64,000 nt of DNA, taken from the NCBI GenBank assembly GCA_003240695.1, contig QFNC01000009.1:31471-95470 (forward strand), written 5' to 3'. The position numbers and the translations under genes are program-made. Below the pieces are notes generated by a model. It saw nothing but the letters and a program-made list of their open reading frames with translations. It did no database searches and was not told the DNA's origin. Each line of letters starts with the position of its first letter. The stretch's first letter is position 1. The DNA comes from Pseudoxanthomonas suwonensis. Its GTDB lineage: Bacteria > Pseudomonadota > Gammaproteobacteria > Xanthomonadales > Xanthomonadaceae. Shown here in pieces: positions 29,682 to 39,120 of this stretch.

Positions 29682-30364
29682 GCCCGTTCAAGGATCTGCT
29701 CAAGCGCATGCAGGAGAGCATGGACGAGCTGGGCGACACCCTGTCGGGCACCAGCACGGCCGAACGCCTGCTGGATGCCGACATCCGGCAGCTGGATGCC
29801 CAGCTGCACGGCTGGCGTGGCGAAGCCGCCAGTCTCAAGGCGCGGCGCATCACCAGCGGCGAACGGCTGCGCGAACACGGCGCGCGTATCCGCCAACTCG
29901 AAGCCGATGCGCTGGATGCCCTGCGTGCGCGTCGCAAGACGGCCGCACGCGAACTGGCCGAAGGGATCGCCGCTGCGCAGGCGGCGAAGGCCGGGGAAAA
30001 GACCCGTCTGGACGATCTGCAAGCACACGAGAAGGCACTGCTGCATGTGATCGAACAGGGCGAATCGAAGCTGCGCCGGCTCAAGCACCAACTGGACACG
30101 TTGCGGGCCAGCGAAAGCCTGCAGCGGGCACAGGCCGCGGTAGCCAAACGCCAGCCCGATGCCGCACCGCATCCCGAATCGGCGGTGGCATCGGCGCAGC
30201 GGGTGCGGCAGCGCCGCACCCCGGGTAGCACCTCCTCCCCACGCACGGTGGCCAGCGCGAAGCCTCCGGCAGAGGCGATACTGGACAGGCTGGCAGCGCG
30301 TTTGGGCGCCGCCGATTCCGCCGCATCGCCACCCGCTCGCAAGCTCGCCAGGAGACGTTCATGA
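29678..30364 (+). CDS. PspA/IM30/Vipp1-family (ESCRT-III-like) coiled-coil protein, YjfJ-like
   Basis: 228 aa. N-terminal ~150 aa predicted as continuous amphipathic coiled coil with PspA-like heptads (LLDADIRQLDAQL...LKARR...). C-terminal low-complexity tail. ATG overlaps the upstream stop (ATGA). RBS GGAGA. Confidence 0.55.
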   Translation: MSPFKDLLKRMQESMDELGDTLSGTSTAERLLDADIRQLDAQLHGWRGEAASLKARRITSGERLREHGARIRQLEADALDALRARRKTAARELAEGIAAAQAAKAGEKTRLDDLQAHEKALLHVIEQGESKLRRLKHQLDTLRASESLQRAQAAVAKRQPDAAPHPESAVASAQRVRQRRTPGSTSSPRTVASAKPPAEAILDRLAARLGAADSAASPPARKLARRRS

Positions 30365-30999
30365 CCGAATTCCTGACCACCGCCCTCACCTTCCCCACCC
30401 TGGTCTGGAGCGTGCTGTTCGCGTTCTGCCTGTTCTACTGGATGCTGGCGGCCACCGGCCTGGTGGACATCGACCTCGACGTGGCCGATGCCAGCCTGTC
30501 GTTCGACACCGACGTGGGCGAAACCGGTGCCTCGGCGGGCATGCTGGCACGATTCGGGCTGGGTGGCGTGCCACTGATGCTGGCGCTTGTCATCCTCGCG
30601 TTCGTCAGCTGGGTCATCACCTATTTCGTGCATCTGCTGGTGCTGGCGGCACTGCCGGACATGCTGCGCTGGATCCTGGGCGCAGTCACGGCCGTCGGTG
30701 CCGTGATCCCCGGGGTGCTGGTGGCATCGCTGGTGCTGCGGCCGTTGCGCAAGCTGATCGCGAAACTGCGTCCACCGGTGCAGCCCTCGCTGCTCGGTCG
30801 GGTCGGCACCGTCACCACGCCAACGGTCGACGACACCCATGGCATGGCCGCATTCGACGACGGCGGCGCGGGACTCATCCTGCAGGTCCGCGCCCGCCCA
30901 CCGGACACCTTCAACCGCGGCGACCGGGTCGTGCTGCTGGAATACCAGACCGGCGACAATAGCTACCGCGTGATGTCCGAAGACCGCTTCAACCGCTGA
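30361..30999 (+). CDS. YqiJ/NfeD-like inner-membrane protein (3 TM + C-terminal OB-fold)
   Basis: Three N-terminal TM helices, then a C-terminal beta-rich segment (GRVGTVTTPTVDDTHGMAAFDDGGAGLILQVRARPP...RVVLLEY) typical of NfeD/YqiJ OB domains. Precedes a flotillin, as in the yqiJ-yqiK pair. ATGA overlap with the upstream gene. Confidence 0.65.
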   Translation: MTEFLTTALTFPTLVWSVLFAFCLFYWMLAATGLVDIDLDVADASLSFDTDVGETGASAGMLARFGLGGVPLMLALVILAFVSWVITYFVHLLVLAALPDMLRWILGAVTAVGAVIPGVLVASLVLRPLRKLIAKLRPPVQPSLLGRVGTVTTPTVDDTHGMAAFDDGGAGLILQVRARPPDTFNRGDRVVLLEYQTGDNSYRVMSEDRFNR

Positions 31000-31031
31000 A
31001 CCACCACACGTCAGTACAGGAGTCCTCCGAA

Positions 31032-32969
31032 ATGTCGCTTTCCATGCTTATTCCGGGCCTGATCGGCCTCGCGGCCCTGGTGGTCGTGGTGTTCGGTCTG
31101 ATCGGCCTGTTCAAGGCGTTCTACGTCAAGGTCGAACAGGGCACGGCCCTGATCGTGAACGACCTGAGCGCCACGCCGAAGGTGCATTTCACCGGCGCGC
31201 TGATCATCCCGGTGCTGTACAAGGCCGAAGTGATGCGCATCAGCCTGATCACGCTGCAGGTGGACCGCCGCGGCAAGGAAGGGCTGATCTGCAAGGACAA
31301 CATGCGTGCCGACATCACCGTGGCCTACTACCTGCGGGTGAACGAAACCCCGGCCGACGTGCTGAAGGTGGCCAAGGCGGTGGGCGTGGACCGCGCCTCC
31401 GACAAGGACGCGGTGGACGAGCTCTTCAACGCCAAGTTCTCCGAAGCGCTGAAGACGGTGGGCAAGAAGTTCGAGTTCATCGAGCTGTTCGAGCAGCGCG
31501 AGCAGTTCCGCGACGAGATCGTCAAGGTGATCGGCAAGGATCTGAACGGTTACGTGCTGGAGGACGTGGCCATCGACTACCTGGAGCAGACCCCGAAGTC
31601 GCTGCTGGATCCGAGCAACATCCTCGACTCCGAGGGCATCCGAAAGATCACCCAGCTCACCGCAGCGCAGAACATCATTACCAACGAGCTGGAACAGAAC
31701 GAGCGCCTGGCCATCACCAAGAAGAACGTGGAAACCCGCGAGGCGACGCTGGCGCTGGAACGCCAGCAGGCCGAGGCCGAGGCGCGGCAGAAGCGCGAGA
31801 TCGAGAGCATCCAGGCACGCGAAGGCGCCGAAACCGAGAAGGTGCGCGAGGAACAGCGCTTGCTGGCAGAAAGCGCGCGACTGGAAACCGAGGAGAAGGT
31901 GCAGATCCGCGACCAGGAACGCCAGCGCCAGGTGGAAATCGCCGAGAAGAACCGCCTGCGTGCGGTCAGCATCGAGGCCGAACGGGTGAACCGCGCGGCG
32001 AAGATGGAAGCGGTGACCACCGACCGCGAGGTGAAGCTGCAGGAGGTCGAACGCGACAAGGCTGTGGAACAGGGCGTGATGGACGTGGCCAACATCACCC
32101 GCGAGCGCGTGGCGATCGACAAGACCGTGGCGATGGAAGAGGAGCGCATCAACGAGGTGCGCGAGGTGTCCGCCGCCGACCGCGCCAAGCAGGTGCGGGT
32201 GCTGGAAGCCGAAGCCGCCGCGCAGGAAACGCTGGTGAAGGAAATCAAGTCGGCCGAGGCCGGCGAGGCCGCCGCCAAGCACCGTGCGGTGGAAATGACC
32301 ACGCTGGCGCAGGCCGAGCTGGAAGCCGCCGGTCGCCAGGCCGATGCCAAGAAGGTGTTGGCCGAAGGCATCAAGGCCGAAAAGGCGGCCATCGGACTGG
32401 CCGAAGCGCGGGTGATCGAGGCCAAGGCCGACGCCAATTACAAGCAGGGCAATGCCGACGCGCGCGTTCTGGCCGAGCGCTTGGCCGCCGAGGCCGAGGG
32501 CGAAGCCAAGCTGGGCCAGGCACGCGCCAGCGCCGCCGAGGCGATGGGCAGCGCCGAAGCCTCCGCAGTGGGCAAGCGCATGGCCGCCGAAGCGGAGGGC
32601 CTGAACGCCAAGTTCGATGCCATGGACAAGATGAGCGACTCTGCACGCAGCCACGAGGAATTCCGCATGGCGCTGGACACCAGCCTGGAGCAGGCACTGG
32701 CCACCATCGAAGCGGGCAAGGTGGTGTCGAAGGAGAATGCCGAGGTCATCGCCACCGCGCTGCGCAATGCGCGCATCGATCTGGTGGGCGGCGAAGGCGG
32801 CATGTTCGACGCGCTCAGCCGCGCGATCGCGTTGGGCCGCTCGGTGGAAGGCTTTGCCGGCAAGAGCCCGATCGTGCAGGAGCTGCTGGACAAGTACCTG
32901 GGCGTGAAGCAGCCCTCCACCGATGCCACGCTGGCGCTGGGTCGGGATGCGGCGGATGCGAACGGCTGA
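31032..32969 (+). CDS. Flotillin-family SPFH/band-7 protein (YqiK/FloT-like)
   Basis: 645 aa. N-terminal TM, SPFH domain, then a long EA-rich coiled coil (EAEARQKREIESIQAREGAETEK...) typical of flotillins. Confidence 0.9.
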   Translation: MSLSMLIPGLIGLAALVVVVFGLIGLFKAFYVKVEQGTALIVNDLSATPKVHFTGALIIPVLYKAEVMRISLITLQVDRRGKEGLICKDNMRADITVAYYLRVNETPADVLKVAKAVGVDRASDKDAVDELFNAKFSEALKTVGKKFEFIELFEQREQFRDEIVKVIGKDLNGYVLEDVAIDYLEQTPKSLLDPSNILDSEGIRKITQLTAAQNIITNELEQNERLAITKKNVETREATLALERQQAEAEARQKREIESIQAREGAETEKVREEQRLLAESARLETEEKVQIRDQERQRQVEIAEKNRLRAVSIEAERVNRAAKMEAVTTDREVKLQEVERDKAVEQGVMDVANITRERVAIDKTVAMEEERINEVREVSAADRAKQVRVLEAEAAAQETLVKEIKSAEAGEAAAKHRAVEMTTLAQAELEAAGRQADAKKVLAEGIKAEKAAIGLAEARVIEAKADANYKQGNADARVLAERLAAEAEGEAKLGQARASAAEAMGSAEASAVGKRMAAEAEGLNAKFDAMDKMSDSARSHEEFRMALDTSLEQALATIEAGKVVSKENAEVIATALRNARIDLVGGEGGMFDALSRAIALGRSVEGFAGKSPIVQELLDKYLGVKQPSTDATLALGRDAADANG

Positions 32970-32983
32970 CAATGCCGCTGCGT

Positions 32984-33009
32984 GGCCGGCGATGACCGCA
33001 TCGCCGGCC
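32984..33009. promoter_or_regulatory. Perfect 10-bp stem hairpin (GGCCGGCGAT-GACCGC-ATCGCCGGCC) between the flotillin and giant-ATPase genes
   Basis: Lies 15 nt after the flotillin stop and 42 nt before the next ATG. No T-run. Possible attenuator or RNA-processing site. Confidence 0.45.
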
Positions 33010-33050
33010 GTGTCCGTTGCACGATCCGCCCTGCGCTGGAGTGATTCCCG

Positions 33051-36000
33051 ATGACCGATGCCACCGACACCACTGCCGTCGCCGCAGCACCTGCATCAAA
33101 CACAGTCAATCAGGCCGTGGCCGAGGGCGGTGCCTACGAGGTGCTGCGCAAGCGGCTCACCGGTTTCGGCGGGCAGCTGCAGGCCATCGCGGATGATCTG
33201 AACGCGCGCCGCCTGCAGGAGTTCGGCGACAGCCGCATGGCGCTGGCCGGCCGCTTCCGCATCCGCACCGAGCACAACTGCGTGGGCCGCGACATCGTGC
33301 AGGTCGGCGATCTGCTGGTGTTCGGCTTCAACGTGTTCATGGGCCTGAAGAAGACCACCACGATTGCGGACGTGTTCGGCCTGTACCGCATGGTTGAGGT
33401 GAGCGACGGCTACGACGTGGAACCGGTGGACATCGCCGGCAGCTTCCTGTCCGATCCCGGTTTCGTGCGTGATTTCGACGAGCTGTACGCCTACTACAAG
33501 CATGCGCGCCTGCTGCAGCTGATCGTGCTGGACAGCAAGTTGATGGCCGCCTTCCAGATCGGCGAGCGTAGCACCGACGTGCGCGTGTTCCGCTGGTCGC
33601 TGGCCAGCAGCGGCGAGATCAGCTACATCGATGCCCGCGGCGAACGCGACATCGCCCTGCCCCCGCCGTTCGATTTCGAGTGGCAGCGCGCCACCCGCGA
33701 GATGGAAGTCAGCGGCCGCCATCCGCATCTCAACATCCTCGACACCCTGTTCGTGGAAACCCTGGGCGGCGATCTCACCGTCAAGGTCGAGAACAACACC
33801 GAGACCGGCAGGGGCATCTACAGCGAACCGGTGGAGGACAGCACCCAGTCCATCGACGATGCGCGCTTCGAATTCGCGCAGGTCGGTTCGCTGATCCTGT
33901 TGAAGATCCTGCCCTACCGCGAAAGCCAGTGGCGCGGGCTGGTGTACAACACCATCACCCGCAAGGTGCAGCGCATCGATGCCATCGTGCAGGCCTGCGT
34001 GCAGTTGCCGGAAGACCACGGCATCATCTTCCCGGGCGGCTACTACCTGCAGAACGGCGACCACAAGGCCTTCGACGCGGCCATGGCCGGCATGCAGTTC
34101 AAGCGCGCGATCCGCTCGCCCAACGGCGAGGACGTGCTGTACATCTTCTACGACCGCGACTCCGGGCTGGCCGCGCTGTTCGTGTACAACATGATCCAGC
34201 GCCAGCTGCAGAACCCGGTGTTCGCGCACGGCTATGCGCGGCTGGCCGACGGCCGCATGGTGCTGTTTCACGACGAAACCGGCGACCCCACCCGCGTGCA
34301 CCAGATGCAGGTGTGGATCACCCCGTTCGCCAGTGACGAATTCGCCGCGGCGCGGCCGCCCAGTGGCAGTTTCATGGGCAGGCTGGGCAATGCCGAACTG
34401 GTGCGTGGCATCTCCAACGTGTACGACCTGGTCCGCCAGATCGGCAACACCGACGTCTCCGCCAGGCGCTACGAACTGCTGACCCATCAGACCCGGCAGC
34501 TGTTCGACCAGCACCACTGGATCGACGACGACCATTGCAGCGGCCTGCGCAGCCTGCTGCACGAGGTGGCCGCCACCGGCGAATCGGTGCTGGACGAATT
34601 CGAGAAGGTGCAGAGCATCCGCGCGCAGTCGGACGCGGCCATGCAATCGGCACAGATCGAACAGCGCAAACTGCTCGGCCGTCTGCAGCCGGATTCGTGG
34701 AGCCGCATCCAGGAATACGTGGAAGCGCTGAATGCGCTCTCCCGCCAGCGTGGGCATCTGCTCACCATCCGCGATTACCGCTACATCGACACCGCTGCCA
34801 TCGATGCCATGGCCGAGGCGCTGCAGGAAGCGCACACGCGCATCGGCTCGGCCACCGGTGCCTTCCTGGCCGGCGACAAGGCCCTGCTGCCGTTCAACGA
34901 ACAGCTCCAGCAACTGGACCAGACCGCGCAGAAGGCGGAGACGGCCAGACAACTGAGCGAGCAACTGCAGGCGATGCAGACGATGTCCAGCGACTTGGAC
35001 ATGCTGTCGGAATTGATGGCCTCGCTGCCGGTGGACGATGCTACCCAGCGCACCCGCGTGGTGGATGCCATCTCCAATCTGTACGCACGCCTGAACCAGG
35101 CGCGCGCACGTGCCGACCAGCGCCGCAAGTCGCTCGGCTCCAGCGAGGCGGTGGCGCAGTTCGGTGCGCAGTTCGGCCTGTTTTCCCAGTCCATCACCAG
35201 TGCGCTGGGCATGGCGACCACGCCGGAGCGCGCCGACGAGCAGCTGGCACGGCTGCTGGTGCAGCTGGAGGAGCTGGAGGGACAGTTCGGCGAACACGAG
35301 CAGTTCCTCGTCGACATCCTCGGCAAGCGCGAGGAACTGCTGGAAACCTTCGAGGCGCACAAGCAGGCGCTGCTCGACGATCGTCAGCGCAAGGCGCAGT
35401 CGGTGCTGGATGCCGCCAACCGCATTCTCGACGGCCTGGGCAAGCGCACCGAACGTTTCGATCAGCCCGACGAGCTGAATGCCTTCTTCGCCGGCGACCC
35501 GCTGATCCTGAAACTGCGCGAGCTGGCCACGCGGCTGCGGGAACTGAAGGATCCGGTGAAAGCCGACGCGGTCGAAGCGCGCCTGAAAGGCGTGCGCGAC
35601 CAGTCCGTGCGCGTGCTGCGCGACCGCAGCGAGCTGTTCGAGGACGGTGGCAGCGTGATCCGCATGGGTCGGCATCGCTTCAGCGTGAACACGCAGCCGC
35701 TGGACCTCACCCTGCTGCCGCGCGAAGACCACCTGGCCGTGCATCTCACCGGCACCGATTACCTGCAGCCGCTGCGCGATGCCACGCTGGACGAATTGCG
35801 CGCCTTCTGGCAAGTGACGCTGGATTCGGAATCGCCCCAGGTGTACCGCGGCGAATACCTGGCCTGGCAGGTGTTGCGGGCCGCCGAACACGGCAACGAT
35901 GGCTGGAGCCGCGATGCGTTGCTGCATCTGCTGGCCGACCCCGAACAGCTGGCGGCGCGGGTGCGCGAGTTCGCCGCGCCGCGCTATCGGGAAGGTTACG

Positions 36001-38408
36001 AAAAAGGCATCCACGACCACGATGCCGTGCTGATCCTGCAGGCGGCCGTGCCGCTGCAGCAGGTCGCGGGCGCACTGGTGCACCCAGCGGCTGCGCGTGC
36101 GCTGGCATTGCTCGCGTGGTCGGCGCATCCGCGGCTGCAGGCGACCTGGCGCGAACGGATCCGCAACGCGCATGCCCTGCGCACGCTGTTCGGCAGCAGC
36201 GACGCCCTTCAGGCCGCGCAAGCCGACATCGCCCATGCCATCGCCGCATTCGGCGAACGCGAAGCGCTGGCCGACGGCGTGGCATCGGCGCAACAGGCCA
36301 CCGAGTACCTGTCCGACGCGCTGCAGCAGGCCGATGGCCGCTTCGCATTCACCCGACAAGCCGGGCAGTTGCTGGAGACACTGCGGCAGCAGCTGCAGCA
36401 GGCCGGACTGGGCGAAAGCATGTCGCTGGCGCTGCAGCCGGACCTGCCGCTGGTCGAACGCTGGCAGTGGCTGCTGCACTGGCTGACGGCATTGACCAGG
36501 CAACCCGCGCATGCGGCGCTGGCGCGTTTCGTGCCTGAAGCCGCCGCATTGGCATTGCTGGGCGACACCCTACCCCACGACCTGCGCGACATCACGCTGG
36601 ATGCCACGGTCACCGGCCTGCTGGGCGAGCATCCGCGCATCGCCGGCGGCAGCCTGCCGTTGGCCATCGACGACTTCCTGCCGCGCCTGCATGACCACGC
36701 ACATCGCTTCGTGCCGGCCTTCCACCGTTACCAGCAGCAACGCCAGCAGGTGATCGCCCAGCAACGCGATGCCCTGCGACTGGGCGAGTATCAGGCCAGG
36801 CCACTGACTTCGTTCGTGCGCAACCGGCTGATCAACGACGTTTACCTGCCCATCATCGGCGACAACCTGGCCAAGCAGATGGGCACGGTGGGCGAATCCA
36901 AGCGCAGCGACCTGATGGGCATGCTGATGCTCATTTCGCCGCCCGGTTACGGCAAGACCACGTTGATGGAATACGTGGCCAACCGGCTGGGTCTGGTCTT
37001 CATGAAAATCAACGGTCCGGCACTGGGCCACGACGTGCGCTCGCTGGACCCGGCCCAGGCACCGGACGCCACCTCGCGGCAGGAGCTGGAAAAACTGAAT
37101 CTGGCGCTGGAGATGGGCAACAACGTGATGCTGTACGTGGACGACATCCAGCACACCCATCCGGAATTCCTGCAGAAATTCATCTCGCTCACCGACGGCA
37201 CCCGCCGCATCGAAGGCGTGTGGCAGGGGCGCACGAAAACCTACGACCTGCGCGGGCGCAAGTTCGCGGTGGTGATGGCCGGCAACCCGTATACCGAGTC
37301 GGGCGAGGTGTTCAAGATTCCCGACATGCTGGCCAACCGCGCCGACATCTACAACCTCGGCGACGTGCTGGGCGGCATGGAGGACGCCTTCCTGCTCAGC
37401 TACATCGAGAACAGCCTGACCGCCAACCCGGTGCTGGCGCCTCTGGCCACCCGCGACCTGGCCGACCTGTACCTGCTGGTGGACAGGGCGCTGGGCAAGG
37501 AGGTCTCCACCAATGCGCTGAAACATGCCTACAGTGCCGCGGAAATCAACGAGATCACCGCCGTTCTGCAACGCATGATCGCGGTGCGCGAGGTGGTGTA
37601 CCGGGTCAACCAGCAGTACATCGCCAGTGCCGCGCAGGCTGACAAGTACCGCACCGAGCCGGCCTTCAAGCTGCAGGGCAGCTACCGCAACATGAACAAG
37701 CTGGCCGAGAAGATCTCGCCGGTGATGAACGATGCCGAGCTGCAACAGCTGATCAACGACCACTACCAGGGCGAATCGCAGCTGCTGACCACCGGCGCGG
37801 AGGAAAACCTCCTGAAACTGGGGGAATTGCGCGGCACCCTGACCGAAGCGCAGCGCGCCCGCTGGCAGCAGATCAAGGCCGACTTCCTGCGCAACAAGGC
37901 GATGGGAGCGGACGATGCGGACGTGGGGGGCCGCGTGATCGCACAGCTGGCCGACATCGCCGGTGGTCTGCAATCGCTGCGTGCCGAACCGAAAACCACC
38001 GTGACCGCGCCGGAGCCAGTTGCGCCGCCGCCGTGGCAGGATCTGCTGCAGGCGTTGCAGGCACTGCGCGTTCCGCAGGCGGCGCCCGCTCCCGCCGTGC
38101 CGCCGGCGCCGTCTCCCGAACCGCGCGAGTGGACCGTGACCGCCCCCGGCCTGACCGACGCCCTGCGCGAGGGCCTGTCGCCGTTGCTGGACACGCTGGC
38201 CAGCAGCGGCCAACAACAGCAGCAAGTGCAACTGGCTTTGGGGCGTCTTGCCGACGCCCTGCGCGACTCCGCGCAGCAGCAGCCGACCGTCATCGTGCAC
38301 GAAGACGCCGGCACGACGCCGCGCAAGCGCCGACCCAAGCCGGAAAAGCTGAAAAAACTGGACGAACAACTGGACATGATCGATTTCCACCGGAAACCGG
38401 CGGAATGA
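33051..38408 (+). CDS. Giant (1785 aa) protein: ~1290-aa N-terminal helical/coiled-coil region + MoxR/AAA_5-like AAA+ ATPase core + Pro-rich linker and basic tail
   Basis: Uninterrupted ORF with normal codon bias and RBS GGAG. Walker A SPPGYGKTTL (~aa 1299), Walker B VMLYVDDIQ, sensor-1-like VVMAGNPYTESG and ANRADIYNL (the MoxR NP...LDRF pattern). C-terminal APEPVAPPPW...PAPSPEP linker and RKRRPKPEKLKKL tail. No match to a characterised protein recalled. Confidence 0.8.
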   Translation: MTDATDTTAVAAAPASNTVNQAVAEGGAYEVLRKRLTGFGGQLQAIADDLNARRLQEFGDSRMALAGRFRIRTEHNCVGRDIVQVGDLLVFGFNVFMGLKKTTTIADVFGLYRMVEVSDGYDVEPVDIAGSFLSDPGFVRDFDELYAYYKHARLLQLIVLDSKLMAAFQIGERSTDVRVFRWSLASSGEISYIDARGERDIALPPPFDFEWQRATREMEVSGRHPHLNILDTLFVETLGGDLTVKVENNTETGRGIYSEPVEDSTQSIDDARFEFAQVGSLILLKILPYRESQWRGLVYNTITRKVQRIDAIVQACVQLPEDHGIIFPGGYYLQNGDHKAFDAAMAGMQFKRAIRSPNGEDVLYIFYDRDSGLAALFVYNMIQRQLQNPVFAHGYARLADGRMVLFHDETGDPTRVHQMQVWITPFASDEFAAARPPSGSFMGRLGNAELVRGISNVYDLVRQIGNTDVSARRYELLTHQTRQLFDQHHWIDDDHCSGLRSLLHEVAATGESVLDEFEKVQSIRAQSDAAMQSAQIEQRKLLGRLQPDSWSRIQEYVEALNALSRQRGHLLTIRDYRYIDTAAIDAMAEALQEAHTRIGSATGAFLAGDKALLPFNEQLQQLDQTAQKAETARQLSEQLQAMQTMSSDLDMLSELMASLPVDDATQRTRVVDAISNLYARLNQARARADQRRKSLGSSEAVAQFGAQFGLFSQSITSALGMATTPERADEQLARLLVQLEELEGQFGEHEQFLVDILGKREELLETFEAHKQALLDDRQRKAQSVLDAANRILDGLGKRTERFDQPDELNAFFAGDPLILKLRELATRLRELKDPVKADAVEARLKGVRDQSVRVLRDRSELFEDGGSVIRMGRHRFSVNTQPLDLTLLPREDHLAVHLTGTDYLQPLRDATLDELRAFWQVTLDSESPQVYRGEYLAWQVLRAAEHGNDGWSRDALLHLLADPEQLAARVREFAAPRYREGYEKGIHDHDAVLILQAAVPLQQVAGALVHPAAARALALLAWSAHPRLQATWRERIRNAHALRTLFGSSDALQAAQADIAHAIAAFGEREALADGVASAQQATEYLSDALQQADGRFAFTRQAGQLLETLRQQLQQAGLGESMSLALQPDLPLVERWQWLLHWLTALTRQPAHAALARFVPEAAALALLGDTLPHDLRDITLDATVTGLLGEHPRIAGGSLPLAIDDFLPRLHDHAHRFVPAFHRYQQQRQQVIAQQRDALRLGEYQARPLTSFVRNRLINDVYLPIIGDNLAKQMGTVGESKRSDLMGMLMLISPPGYGKTTLMEYVANRLGLVFMKINGPALGHDVRSLDPAQAPDATSRQELEKLNLALEMGNNVMLYVDDIQHTHPEFLQKFISLTDGTRRIEGVWQGRTKTYDLRGRKFAVVMAGNPYTESGEVFKIPDMLANRADIYNLGDVLGGMEDAFLLSYIENSLTANPVLAPLATRDLADLYLLVDRALGKEVSTNALKHAYSAAEINEITAVLQRMIAVREVVYRVNQQYIASAAQADKYRTEPAFKLQGSYRNMNKLAEKISPVMNDAELQQLINDHYQGESQLLTTGAEENLLKLGELRGTLTEAQRARWQQIKADFLRNKAMGADDADVGGRVIAQLADIAGGLQSLRAEPKTTVTAPEPVAPPPWQDLLQALQALRVPQAAPAPAVPPAPSPEPREWTVTAPGLTDALREGLSPLLDTLASSGQQQQQVQLALGRLADALRDSAQQQPTVIVHEDAGTTPRKRRPKPEKLKKLDEQLDMIDFHRKPAE

Positions 38409-38427
38409 CGCGTGGCCATCGCCAGCC

Positions 38428-39120
38428 ATGCCGGACAGCGCGCGCATGACCGATGCACGGACCGATGCGGATGCCGGAACACTCGCCGACCAGGCGGTGC
38501 TGGCAGCCACCACCGCCCAGGCCGATGTTCTACAACTGCACGCGCCCACCGAGCGCATGCTGGCACTGCTGCGCGACATCCGCACGGTGCTGCTGTCCAC
38601 CGACCCGGCCGCATTGCGGCGCAGCGTGGGTCTGTTCGGACGGCTGCTGGGCAACGACATCGACCTTGCCGCCGAAGCCGGCCAGCTGCGCGAGCAGGCT
38701 GGCGTGCTGGTGCAACAGGCCCGCGGCATCCTGCAGCAGTCGCAGCAGTATCTGGATTCCATGCATCGGCACATCGTCAGCATGGAGCAGGCGCAGACCC
38801 GACTGCAGCACGCGCATGCCGCACTGGCGCAGGCGGTGCCATCCGATGGCCACGCGCCGCCCTCGCGACGCGCCGATCACCTGCTGCAGTTGCTGGCCAC
38901 CACCGACCTCAGCGCCCGGCAGTTGCGGATCTCGGCCGACCATCACGCGCGACTGCACGCGCGATTCGGCATGATGGCCGATACGCTGCTGCCCTTGCTG
39001 ACGCAAACGGCCATCATCGAGAAGGCGCAGCACGGCGCGCCGGTCCATCGCCAGACGCTGGGCGAGCTGGATGCGCTGGAAAGCCTCATCATCACCGAAT
39101 CCACCCAGGAGCCGCCATGA
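38428..39120 (+). CDS. Hypothetical 230-aa soluble helical protein, translationally coupled to telA
   Basis: Sensible amino-acid composition. The alternative frame (track 38412-40205 N-part) is Arg/Ala garbage. Stop overlaps the telA ATG (ATGA). Confidence 0.5.
   Translation: MPDSARMTDARTDADAGTLADQAVLAATTAQADVLQLHAPTERMLALLRDIRTVLLSTDPAALRRSVGLFGRLLGNDIDLAAEAGQLREQAGVLVQQARGILQQSQQYLDSMHRHIVSMEQAQTRLQHAHAALAQAVPSDGHAPPSRRADHLLQLLATTDLSARQLRISADHHARLHARFGMMADTLLPLLTQTAIIEKAQHGAPVHRQTLGELDALESLIITESTQEPP

Noticed and set aside
31011-38783. Minus-strand ORFs of 653, 1138 and 737 aa antisense to the flotillin and giant ATPase genes
   Set aside because: Products are poly-R/A/G/H with no motifs. 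The sense genes have clear SPFH and AAA+ signatures and RBSs.
38412-39116. In-frame upstream extension of telA (track ORF 38412-40205)
   Set aside because: Translation is Arg/Ala/Gly/His-rich nonsense. The alternative frame 38428-39120 gives a compositionally normal protein whose stop overlaps the telA ATG.
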